Source: Gemmatimonadota bacterium (GTDB taxonomy: Bacteria > Gemmatimonadota > Gemmatimonadetes > Gemmatimonadales > Gemmatimonadaceae). From it: a stretch of DNA of 31,907 bases. The stretch is taken from contig JANMLN010000022.1 in the NCBI GenBank assembly GCA_031372565.1, forward strand, positions 1-31,907. Reading direction: 5' to 3'. The position numbers were made by a program, and so were the translations under genes. The stretch's first letter is position 1; every line of letters starts with the position of its first letter. The notes beneath the pieces are model-generated. The model was not told the DNA's origin and searched no databases. It saw only the letters and a list, made by a program, of their open reading frames with translations. This document shows positions 19,301 to 26,733 of this stretch, piece after piece.

Positions 19301-19541
19301 CTGGCTCGACGCGCTGGCCGAACCTGCGCGGGGCGGGTATCGCCGCTACCTCGGCTGGACACTCGCCTTGCTCCCGGTACCCGCAGACTGGGCGCACGCG
19401 CGGAAGGTGCTGGTTCCGCTCGCGCACGAGGCGCTGGCGGGATCGCCCCCGGACGATGGCGCACTCACGACAGCCGTCGCGCGGGCTTTTCGGCTCCGCC
19501 GTGACAGCCTGGCGCCGCTGCTCGATTGGTGGCGCCCATGA
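16365..19541 (+). CDS. Large N6-adenine DNA methyltransferase, Eco57I/type IIG-like architecture with probable TaqI_C-like target-recognition region
   Basis: RLLFLAFVQSKGWL, PFLNGGLF, IDPEMLGRAFESL, SGTFYTP, motif I VLDPACGSGAFL, LPNLD..I..GDAL, motif IV FDAIVGNPPW, LLNS. Confidence 0.88.
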   Translation: MPSLRDATRLLAAADSSAALSAVTATLGFGDAAPLDPTARDALGLTSDIVRAHCAEAPGALRALLLEVSADRTLGELLPRLAARIDARAPQFHWLVVATTARGEVALATWQPDVRGPRLAALVVARGHLVDADAETLCALAARRDGPDALVHARWHEVLGRDALTRRFYRALEQQVLALAATVPSLPADDARELALLITCRLLFLAFVQSKGWLDHDRAWLTHAVDRAMSQGGDLHRRLLRPLFFGTLNTPWRDRAPTARALGQLPFLNGGLFAPAPVERRWPRARLGDEALARITGDLLARYRFTAREDIATGREAAIDPEMLGRAFESLMCSEERRASGTFYTPPSVVEDATARALTAALAARGIRASAVTQALAGQRPGGTAAARLADTLPTLRVLDPACGSGAFLVHALGALATMRRACGDTRPSEAIRRDVLAANLFGVDLHPTAVWLCELRLWLAVVIESEATDPRAVVPLPNLDRHIRVGDALAGDAFSGGLVVLGGGAVARLRQRYARASGARKTSLARALDRAERTAALGACDSALTHAVSSRREALLAARARDLFGERSAPSADARRALDDIRSRVRALRHRRDTLAAGGALPFSFAAHFPDAAQAGGFDAIVGNPPWVRLHNIPPAARDRLRRTFRVFRDAAWTAGAEAARAGSGFAAQVDLAALFVERSVGLLGPAGALALLLPAKLWRSLAGGGVRRLLQTDATVLAVDDWSDAPAMFDAATYPSLVVAQRGGAREGDVAISAHGHDGARRWLVPRSALPFDDTDGSPWLALPPDVRASFDRVRAAGPALAASPLGRPLLGVKCGANEAFLVRVGAMTREGVQVRAGSRTANVESAMLRPIVRGEDVTPWRARLGADAVLWTHDASGAPLAALPPLAAEWLRPWRRRLAARSDARGEQWWALFRTPAARSDRARVVWADVARRPRAAVLSPGDRTVPLNSCYVLPAATTDDALAFAALLNSPIAAAWLDALAEPARGGYRRYLGWTLALLPVPADWAHARKVLVPLAHEALAGSPPDDGALTTAVARAFRLRRDSLAPLLDWWRP

Positions 19542-21712
19542 GCGACCTGCTTCGCGCCGCCTTCGCGTCGTGCGTGCTTGGCGCCTGGTCGCGCCATCGC
19601 CCGCGCGATGGACGCACGCTCGGCGGCATCACGCTGCACGAGCACCAGCACGACGCGGTGGCCCGCTGCCGCGCGCTCATTGCAGCGCACGGCGGCGCGC
19701 TGCTCGCCGACCAGGTGGGACTCGGCAAGACCTTTGTCGCGCTCGCGCTCGCACGCGAGATGGGCGATGCGATCGTCGTCGCGCCTGCCGCGCTCCGTGA
19801 GCAATGGACGCGAGCCGCAACCCGCGCCGGGATGCGCGCCTGTCCGTTCGTCTCCTTCGAGGCGCTCAGTCGCGGTGCCGTGCCGCGCGATGACGCGGCA
19901 CTCGTGATCGTCGATGAGGCGCATCACCTGCGCTCTGCGCACACCCGGCGCCACCGCACCATGGCGCGGCTCGGACAGCGGCGCCCGCTGCTGCTCATGA
20001 CCGCCACGCCGGTGCACAACCGCGCCCGCGACCTGGCCGTGCTCCTCTCGCTGGTGATGGGCGAGCGCGCGCTCCGTGCGAGTCTCGCGGAGCTGCAGCT
20101 GCTCGTGGTGCGCCGCACCGACGCGACCATTGCGGCCGTGTCGATGCGTCCCATCGTCGAGCACGCCCCTCCGCTGCGGCTCCCGGAATCGGACGATCTG
20201 CTTCACGACATCACCACCCTGCCATCTCCCGTGCCACCCCGCGACGGCGGCCGTGCTGACGCGCTCGTCACGCTCGGCCTCCTGCGCGCGTGGGCGTCGA
20301 GCGATGCGGCGCTGGTGGCGGCCCTCCGCCGCCGACTCGCGATGGCACGTGCGCTCGATGATGCGCTCACGGAGGGCCGGCACCCCACCCGCGCGGAGCT
20401 CGCGGCCTGGACCGAATCAGAGGGGATCCAGCAGCTCGCGCTTCCGCTGCTGGTGACCACCACCGTTGCGCCGTCGCGCGACGCCGCCGAGTGGCATGCG
20501 CGGGTCGTCACCCACGCGGATGCCGTGCGCGAGCTCCTCGCCCGTCTTGCCGCACACGATTCCCCGCGCGACGCCGCTCGCGCCGAGTGGTTGCTGTCGC
20601 TGCGGCGGCGGCATGGCGATCACCGCCTGCTGGCCTTCACCCACAGCGCGGAGACCGCGCGTGCGCTCTATCGACGGCTGCGCGCCGCGCCCGGCATTGC
20701 CGTGCTGACGGCCGATGGCGGCGACGTCGCCGGTGGGCGGCTCACGCGCGATGCGGTGCTGGATCGCTTTGCACCGCGCGCACGTGGCGCCGCGCCTCCG
20801 CCCGCCCACTCGGCAGTCCACCTCCTGATTGCCACCGACCTGCTGGCGGAAGGACTCGACCTGCAGGAGACGGGCCTCATCGTGCATCTGGACATGCCAT
20901 GGACCCCGGCGCGACTCGAGCAGCGCGTCGGTCGGGTGGCGCGACCAGGCGCGATCGCGGCAACCGTGCGCGTGTACGCCATCGCGCCTCCCGCGAGCGC
21001 CGAGGCGGTCGTGCGCGTGGAAGCGCGGCTGCGCGCGAAGCTCGCTGACGTCGAACGCTGCCTTGGAGGCTTGCCGCTCGGGCGGACGGCGCTGCTCGAG
21101 GCACCACGTTCCGAACGAAGCGCGCTCGAGGCCAGCGAGGCGCAGCGCGCGCTGCTTGCGAGGTGGCGGCGGGGCGCCGAGCAGCGCGCGCCTGCCACTG
21201 AGCCAACCATGATGCTCGCGAGCGCGACCGCCGGTTGGGTGGCGTTCGTCCACGACACGGACCATGGCGCATCGGGCGGACTCGTGGCCGGCACCACCGA
21301 GGGCGCGTCGGACGATCCTGGCGTCGTCCTCGACGCGTTGCAGCGACTGGACAGCGCGTGCGATCTGGGGGCGGCGCGTCTCGACACGACCACCGCCCTG
21401 TTGTCGTGGCGCGCACACCGGGCAGGGGCGGTGCGCGCGGGACTCGCACCGGGCAGCGCCGTGCCGTCGCGCCATCAGCGTCGCGCGCTGACCCGCGTGT
21501 CGACCGCGATGGCCCGTGTCGCACCACACCAGCGCGCGCAGCTGGGCGCCATGGCGCAGCGCGCGCGTCGCGCCCTGTCACGGCCGCCCAGCGCGCAGCG
21601 GGATGCACAGCTGGGCGCCCTCATGGCCGCGCATCCGGTGGACGACGCGGCGTGGCTCGCGCAGCTCGCCATCCTCGACGGCGACGGCGGTGCAGATGCT
21701 GACGCTCGCTGA
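19538..21712 (+). CDS. SNF2-like superfamily 2 helicase/ATPase
   Basis: LHEHQ, LADQVGLGKT, VDEAHHLR, MTATP, IATDLLAEGLDLQ, DMPWTPARLEQRVGRVAR. ATGA overlap with the MTase stop. Confidence 0.88.
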   Translation: MSDLLRAAFASCVLGAWSRHRPRDGRTLGGITLHEHQHDAVARCRALIAAHGGALLADQVGLGKTFVALALAREMGDAIVVAPAALREQWTRAATRAGMRACPFVSFEALSRGAVPRDDAALVIVDEAHHLRSAHTRRHRTMARLGQRRPLLLMTATPVHNRARDLAVLLSLVMGERALRASLAELQLLVVRRTDATIAAVSMRPIVEHAPPLRLPESDDLLHDITTLPSPVPPRDGGRADALVTLGLLRAWASSDAALVAALRRRLAMARALDDALTEGRHPTRAELAAWTESEGIQQLALPLLVTTTVAPSRDAAEWHARVVTHADAVRELLARLAAHDSPRDAARAEWLLSLRRRHGDHRLLAFTHSAETARALYRRLRAAPGIAVLTADGGDVAGGRLTRDAVLDRFAPRARGAAPPPAHSAVHLLIATDLLAEGLDLQETGLIVHLDMPWTPARLEQRVGRVARPGAIAATVRVYAIAPPASAEAVVRVEARLRAKLADVERCLGGLPLGRTALLEAPRSERSALEASEAQRALLARWRRGAEQRAPATEPTMMLASATAGWVAFVHDTDHGASGGLVAGTTEGASDDPGVVLDALQRLDSACDLGAARLDTTTALLSWRAHRAGAVRAGLAPGSAVPSRHQRRALTRVSTAMARVAPHQRAQLGAMAQRARRALSRPPSAQRDAQLGALMAAHPVDDAAWLAQLAILDGDGGADADAR

Positions 21713-21776
21713 ACCCCGCGCGGCTGAACCACGCTCGTGGGACCGCCGCGCACGCTCACCCCGTACCTTCCCTTCC

Positions 21777-22421
21777 GTGACGACCGCACCCGACACCCTG
21801 CTCTTCGACCTCGACGGTACACTCGTCGACACCATCGGCCTCATCCTCGGCTCGATGCACCACACCTTTACGGGTCGCGAGCGCGCGCCGACCGATGCCT
21901 GGTGGCTCTCGCAGCTTGGGCGGCCGCTGCCGTACATGATCGGCTACTGGTCGGAGAGTGACGACGACGCGCTGATGCTCATCGCGCGGTACCGCGAGCA
22001 CCAGCGCACCGAACACGACACGCTGATACGCGCCTATCCCGATGCCACCGACGTGGTCCGCGAGTTGCACGCGCGCGGTCACACGATGGGCGTCGTCACG
22101 AGCAAGGGGGTGGCGATGGCGACCCGAGCGCTCGACTGGGCGGGCATGACCCCCTTCATGAGCGTGATCGTCGGTCTCGAGTCGACGGCGGTGCACAAGC
22201 CTGACCCGGCACCGGTCTGGTTCGCGCTTGATACACTCGGAGCCAAGGCTGAGCAGGCCTGGATGATCGGCGACTCGCCGTTTGACCTGCGGGCCGGTCG
22301 CGCAGCGGGGACGCGGACGTGCGGCGCGCTGTGGGGGCCGTTCGCTCGGGCGGACCTGGAGGCGGAGCGGCCGGATGCGCTGGCGGCGGGGATGCGGGAC
22401 GTGCTGTCGATTGTGGGGTGA
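21777..22421 (+). CDS. HAD-IA hydrolase (PpaX/phosphoglycolate phosphatase-like)
   Basis: LFDLDGTLVDT, VVTSK, HKPDPAP, MIGDSPFD. TACCTT lies 7 nt before GTG 21777. Confidence 0.92.
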   Translation: MTTAPDTLLFDLDGTLVDTIGLILGSMHHTFTGRERAPTDAWWLSQLGRPLPYMIGYWSESDDDALMLIARYREHQRTEHDTLIRAYPDATDVVRELHARGHTMGVVTSKGVAMATRALDWAGMTPFMSVIVGLESTAVHKPDPAPVWFALDTLGAKAEQAWMIGDSPFDLRAGRAAGTRTCGALWGPFARADLEAERPDALAAGMRDVLSIVG

Positions 22422-22447
22422 GGGGGGGACGAGGACGAGAACGGCAG

Positions 22448-22477
22448 AAGCGGGTCCTTCGCTTTGCTCAGGACGAC
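22448..22477 (-). repeat. REP-like 30-bp repeat
   Basis: Reverse complement GTCGTCCTGAGCAAAGCGAAGGACCCGCTT, 28/30 identical to the copy at 10235. Confidence 0.85.
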
Positions 22478-22525
22478 TTGGGTTCGGGATTTCTTCGGTC
22501 CACTGAAAGCCGCGCAGCCCCATCT

Positions 22526-22553
22526 TCAAACCTTCCGTGACATCCCGGTATCT
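22526..22553 (+). promoter_or_regulatory. Possible ECF-sigma autoregulatory promoter
   Basis: TCAAAC-N16-GTATCT, 33 nt upstream of the sigma factor ATG. An AAC at -35 is typical of ECF promoters. Confidence 0.4.
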
Positions 22554-22586
22554 CAGTAAGCGAGAAGACCGGACCCGACTTCCCAC

Positions 22587-23153
22587 ATGACCGCAGTGGC
22601 TTTGATCGAACAACGGCCTGGCGACGATGCGTCGCAGACCGCTGACGCCGCACTCGCGGCCGCCGGCGATCGCCGGGCGTTCGAACGACTCTACCGCGCC
22701 AATGTGGGGCGCATCTTTTCGCTCTGCCTGCGGATGGTCGCGGACCGGGCGCAGGCGGAGGAACTGACGCAGGACGTGTTCGTGCGGGCGTGGGACAAGC
22801 TGTCGCTGTTTCGCGGGGAGAGCGCGTTCTCCACCTGGCTGCATCGGATGGCGGTCAACGTGGTGCTCAACCAGCGGAAGAGCAGCAGCCGGGATCGGAA
22901 ACGGTTCGGCACGGACGAGGAGGAGCTCGACGAGATCGTGCATCCGCGCGGCACGGCCATGCCGGGCATGCGACTGGATCTGGAACAGGCGATCGGCCAG
23001 TTGCCGCCGGGCGCGCGCAAGATCTTCGTGCTCCATGACGTGGAAGGGTTCCGCCATGAGGAGATTGCCGAACAGCTCGGCATCACCAGTGGCGGCAGCA
23101 AGGCCCAGCTGCACCGGGCTCGCATGTTGCTTCGGGAGAAACTCGAACGATGA
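22587..23153 (+). CDS. ECF RNA polymerase sigma-70 factor
   Basis: GDRRAFERLY, AEELTQDVFVRAW, FRGESAFSTWLHR, LPPGAR.IFVLHDVEGFRHEEIAEQLG..SKAQLHRAR. Confidence 0.95.
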   Translation: MTAVALIEQRPGDDASQTADAALAAAGDRRAFERLYRANVGRIFSLCLRMVADRAQAEELTQDVFVRAWDKLSLFRGESAFSTWLHRMAVNVVLNQRKSSSRDRKRFGTDEEELDEIVHPRGTAMPGMRLDLEQAIGQLPPGARKIFVLHDVEGFRHEEIAEQLGITSGGSKAQLHRARMLLREKLER

Positions 23154-23893
23154 CGCATCTGATGACGTGCGCACAGGTGGACGCGCAGCTGGCCGACTGG
23201 CTGGAGGGGACGCTCGAACCGAGCGCCGCCCAGGCCGTGACGGCGCACGTCCGCACCTGCTCCCGCTGCAGCGCCGTGATCGCGGCGCTCGACGAGCCGC
23301 TGAGCGACGCCGCCGCGCTGCCGGATCTGCTCCCCTCGCGTGACCTGTGGGCCGGCATCGAGGCGCGCATCCAGACGCCGGTTGTGGAGCTCGCGGCGCG
23401 CCCGGCCAGCACCGCGCTCGTGACCCCCCGCCGCTTCGGCTGGATGGCGCAGGCCGCCGCGGCGGTCGCGCTCGTGACGGTGACGGCGGGCACCACGTGG
23501 GTGTATGCAGGCCGCGTTGTGCGGAGCGCCGTGACCTCTGAGACGGGCGTGGCGCTGGTTGATGGCGTGCGCGACGGCTGGGGCGCGTCCGCCGCCCGCA
23601 ACGGGGCGCGCGCGGTGAGCCGCGAAGGGGCGCTGTTGACCGTGGAGCGGACGTATGACAGCGAGATCGGTGCCCTGCGTGGCATCGTCGCGCTGCGCCG
23701 GAACGAACTCGACCCCAAGACCCTGGCCGTCCTCGAGAAGAACCTCAAGGTGATTGACGCCGCCATCACCGAGAGTCGTCAGGCCGTGCAGGGTGACCCC
23801 GCGAACGCCGGGCTGGGCGACCAGCTCGCGCGGACGCTCGACAAGAAGCTGCAGCTCCTTCGGACGGTGGCCCTGCTGCCGCCGCGTGCCTGA
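23150..23893 (+). CDS. Zinc-binding anti-sigma factor (zf-HC2/ZAS) with one TM helix and a helical extracytoplasmic C-terminus
   Basis: HVRTCSRC (HxxxCxxC); hydrophobic AAAAVALVTVTAGTTWV. ATGA overlap with the sigma gene. Confidence 0.85.
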   Translation: MTHLMTCAQVDAQLADWLEGTLEPSAAQAVTAHVRTCSRCSAVIAALDEPLSDAAALPDLLPSRDLWAGIEARIQTPVVELAARPASTALVTPRRFGWMAQAAAAVALVTVTAGTTWVYAGRVVRSAVTSETGVALVDGVRDGWGASAARNGARAVSREGALLTVERTYDSEIGALRGIVALRRNELDPKTLAVLEKNLKVIDAAITESRQAVQGDPANAGLGDQLARTLDKKLQLLRTVALLPPRA

Positions 23894-23894
23894 G

Positions 23895-24911
23895 ATGACC
23901 ATGACCCGACGTACCCTTCGTCTCGCTGCTGCCCTCGCCTTCGTCGCGAGCGCAGCCCCCGTCGCCCCGTTGCTGGCGCAGTCGCGCGAGCGTCCTGAAC
24001 GCCCGGAGCGTCCCGAGCGCCCGCAGCGTCCAGAGCGCCCGGAGCAGGGCGGGAGCGGCGACGACATCACGCGCATCGACACCACGTTCACCTTCGCGCC
24101 GGGTGGCACGCTCGACCTCACGCAGGTCTCGGGCAACATCACCGTGACCGCCTCGCGCGGACGCGAGGCGAAGGTCAACGCGTACACCGAGTTGGGCTAC
24201 CTGCGCGCCGACTTTTCGCCGTCGCGCATCAGCATCGAGGTCCGCTCGCGTCGCAACCGGATGGGCGAGTCGGAGTTTCGCGTGCAGGTGCCGATCGGGA
24301 CGCGGGTGCTGGCACGGTCGGTGTCCGGCGACGTGACCGTCACCGGCATGCGCGCGGCCGTCGACGCGCGGAGCGTGAGCGGCAGCATTCATGTCGAGGA
24401 TGCCAGCGAGCGCGTGACCATCGAGACGGTCTCGGGCGACGTGACCGCATCGACGCTCTCCGGCCCGGTGCGTGCGCAGAGCGTGAGTGGCGACGTCAAG
24501 CTCGCCGGGTTGGCGGGCGATCTCGACGTCGAGTCGGTGAGCGGCGAGATCTCGTTGCGCGATGCGAAGTCGGGCAACGTGCGCGCCGAGTCGGTGAGCG
24601 GCGGCATCGAGTATGCGGGCACCGTCGACAAGAGCGGGCGATACGAGTTCAAGTCGCACTCGGGCGATGTGGATCTCCTCATGCCCGAGGGGAGCGGCGC
24701 CTCGTTCTCCGTGAGCACGTTCAGCGGGTCCATCGACAGCGCCATCCCGATGACGCTGCAGCCCTCCGACGACGCGCGTGGCCGCGGCCGCGCCAAGACG
24801 ATGGAGTTCAGCCTCGGCGGCGGCGGGGCGCGCATCACCGTGCGCACGTTCAGCGGCGACGTCACCATCGAGCGGGCCGGCGCACGCGCCGGCAAGCGCA
24901 AGGGAGAGTAG
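23895..24911 (+). CDS. DUF4097 (toast-rack/adhesin-like beta-strand repeat) secreted protein
   Basis: Signal peptide, ERP repeats, and many (S/T)VSG(D/S)(V/I) repeats. Confidence 0.85.
   Translation: MTMTRRTLRLAAALAFVASAAPVAPLLAQSRERPERPERPERPQRPERPEQGGSGDDITRIDTTFTFAPGGTLDLTQVSGNITVTASRGREAKVNAYTELGYLRADFSPSRISIEVRSRRNRMGESEFRVQVPIGTRVLARSVSGDVTVTGMRAAVDARSVSGSIHVEDASERVTIETVSGDVTASTLSGPVRAQSVSGDVKLAGLAGDLDVESVSGEISLRDAKSGNVRAESVSGGIEYAGTVDKSGRYEFKSHSGDVDLLMPEGSGASFSVSTFSGSIDSAIPMTLQPSDDARGRGRAKTMEFSLGGGGARITVRTFSGDVTIERAGARAGKRKGE
23988..24041 (+). repeat. Coding tandem repeat, 6 x 9 bp (E/Q-R-P)
   Basis: gagcgtcct gaacgcccg gagcgtccc gagcgcccg cagcgtcca gagcgcccg. Confidence 0.85.
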
Positions 24912-24913
24912 CC

Positions 24914-25729
24914 ATGCGACCTGTCGTTGTGTTCGCCCTCGGACTCGCGATCGCCGGCGCGCCATCGCACCTCGTCGCGCAGGAGCGGGAGGCCTCGCGC
25001 GGGCCCGACTTCACCTGGGACGGCCGCCTGGAGAAGGGACGCACGCTGATCGTGCGCAACCTGAACGGCGCCATCCGCGTGACCCGGGCCGACGGTGATC
25101 GCGCCTCGATCACCGCGACCAAGCGGTGGCGCCGCGGCGATCCCGCCGACGTGCGCATCGAGCAGGTCAAGACCGGCTCGAGTGGCGACATCCTGGTGTG
25201 CGCCTTCTGGACCGAGAACGCGAGCTGCGACGAGCGCGGGTATCGGAGCCGCGGCGATGGCGGCTGGCGCAACAACCGCAACGACGTGTCGGTCGAGTTC
25301 GTGGTCAAGCTCCCGGCGGGGGTGAAGGTCACGGTGAGCTCGGTCAACGGCGAGGTGTCGGTCGAGGACGCAACGGCCGACGTGGACGCCACGAGCGTCA
25401 ACGGCTCCGTGTGGGCGGCCTCCAATGGCGGACCGGTCGAGGCGAGCACCGTCAACGGCGATGTGCGCGCACGCATGGCGCAGCACGCGGGGCGCGACCT
25501 GCGCTTCAGCAGCGTCAACGGCACGGTCATCGTGCAGGTCCCCGAGAACTGCGATGCCGAGCTGTCGATGCGCACGGTCAACGGGAGCGTGTCGAGCGAC
25601 TTCCCCGTCACGATCCAGGGGCGGCTCAACCCGCGGCGGCTCAACGCCACGCTTGGAAAGGGTGGTCCCGTGATCGAGATGAAGACGGTCAATGGTGACG
25701 TGCGGCTGCGCAAGGTGATGGCGCCCTGA
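24914..25729 (+). CDS. DUF4097 family secreted protein
   Basis: AGGGAG RBS, signal peptide, and repeated (S/T)VNG(D/S/E)V motifs. Confidence 0.85.
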   Translation: MRPVVVFALGLAIAGAPSHLVAQEREASRGPDFTWDGRLEKGRTLIVRNLNGAIRVTRADGDRASITATKRWRRGDPADVRIEQVKTGSSGDILVCAFWTENASCDERGYRSRGDGGWRNNRNDVSVEFVVKLPAGVKVTVSSVNGEVSVEDATADVDATSVNGSVWAASNGGPVEASTVNGDVRARMAQHAGRDLRFSSVNGTVIVQVPENCDAELSMRTVNGSVSSDFPVTIQGRLNPRRLNATLGKGGPVIEMKTVNGDVRLRKVMAP

Positions 25730-25740
25730 TCGATCGGTCG

Positions 25741-25767
25741 TGAAACCAGGCGTGCGCGCCGCACGTA
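25741..25767 (+). promoter_or_regulatory. Possible internal ECF promoter
   Basis: TGAAAC-N17-CGTA, close to the B. subtilis SigW-type consensus, 32 nt before ATG 25800. Confidence 0.4.
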
Positions 25768-25799
25768 CGGCCAGCATCCCTCCAGCCACCGAGCTGCCC

Positions 25800-26597
25800 A
25801 TGTTGCCCCGCGTCCTCCGTCCGCTCGCCGCACTCTCGCTGCTGCTCGTCCTCATCGCCTGTGGTGGCGGCGTGCCGCTCCCGCGCGCCGAGCTGCACGA
25901 CGCGATCGCGGCCGGGCAAACGCTCTCGATCCGCAACGTGTCGGGCGAGATTCGCGTCACGGCAGCGCGCGAAGGGGCGCTGCGCATCGTGGCGCAGGGT
26001 GCGAGCGATGGCTCCCGACCGGAGCGTGTCCGGATTGTCAGCCGCGCCGTCGGCAGCGGACTGGCCGTCTGCGCGCTCTGGGGAAACGCCACGGCGTGCG
26101 ACGAGGGCGCCTACTCGCCCTCGAGCACCTCGTTCTGGCAGCGGCTCAACTTCCGGTCGCCTGTGAGCGTGAACTTCACCGTCGAGTTGCCGGCAGGCGT
26201 CAAGCTCGACATCCGTGACGTGAATGGCAGCGTGACGGTGGACGGTGCCACCAGCGACGTCCTCGTGCACGCGGTCAACGGCAGCGTGCGTGCCGCGACC
26301 ACGTCGGGCATCCTGGAGCTCAAGACCGTCAACGGCGACGTCACGGGCGATGTCCGCGGTGCCGCCACACGCATTCTCGCCAAAACCGTGAATGGTACGG
26401 TGGACATGACAGGCCCCGCCGACTTGGCCGGCGAGATCGAGATGGGTGCCGTCAACGGCGCGCTCACGAGCGACTTCGCCATCAACACGGTCGGCAAGCT
26501 GAGCAAGCGGAAGCTGGCCGGGCGCATCGGGACCGGCGGCGGTTCGGTCGAGCTCAAGTCGGTCAACGGGTCGGTGGCTTTGCACAAGCGCGCGTAG
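25800..26597 (+). CDS. DUF4097 family lipoprotein
   Basis: Lipobox LIAC-GGG and VNG repeats. Paralogous to 24914-25729, with shared C-A-x-W...A.CDE segments. Confidence 0.85.
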   Translation: MLPRVLRPLAALSLLLVLIACGGGVPLPRAELHDAIAAGQTLSIRNVSGEIRVTAAREGALRIVAQGASDGSRPERVRIVSRAVGSGLAVCALWGNATACDEGAYSPSSTSFWQRLNFRSPVSVNFTVELPAGVKLDIRDVNGSVTVDGATSDVLVHAVNGSVRAATTSGILELKTVNGDVTGDVRGAATRILAKTVNGTVDMTGPADLAGEIEMGAVNGALTSDFAINTVGKLSKRKLAGRIGTGGGSVELKSVNGSVALHKRA

Positions 26598-26664
26598 CCA
26601 TTGCAGAGCCTGTAACGGATCACCCGACAACGGAACATCAATCCCCACAAGGGGTTACGTCGAA

Positions 26665-26703
26665 AGGGCGGCACTCCATTCCGGCGTGCCGCCCTGCTAT
26701 ATT
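26665..26703 (+). promoter_or_regulatory. Inverted repeat followed by extended -10 (TGcTATATT) of yccA-like gene
   Basis: AGGGCGGCAC-N11-GTGCCGCCCT (26665-26695), then TGCTATATT (26695-26703). AGGAG RBS at 26722-26726. Confidence 0.45.
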
Positions 26704-26733
26704 TCGTCATACCCTCGCTACAGGAGCCAACCC

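Noticed and set aside
16365..21712. Calling the MTase-helicase pair a complete DISARM, BREX or type I/III R-M system
   Set aside because: No drmA/B/C, pglZ/brxC, hsdS/hsdR or res gene is in the window, and no nuclease motif was seen.
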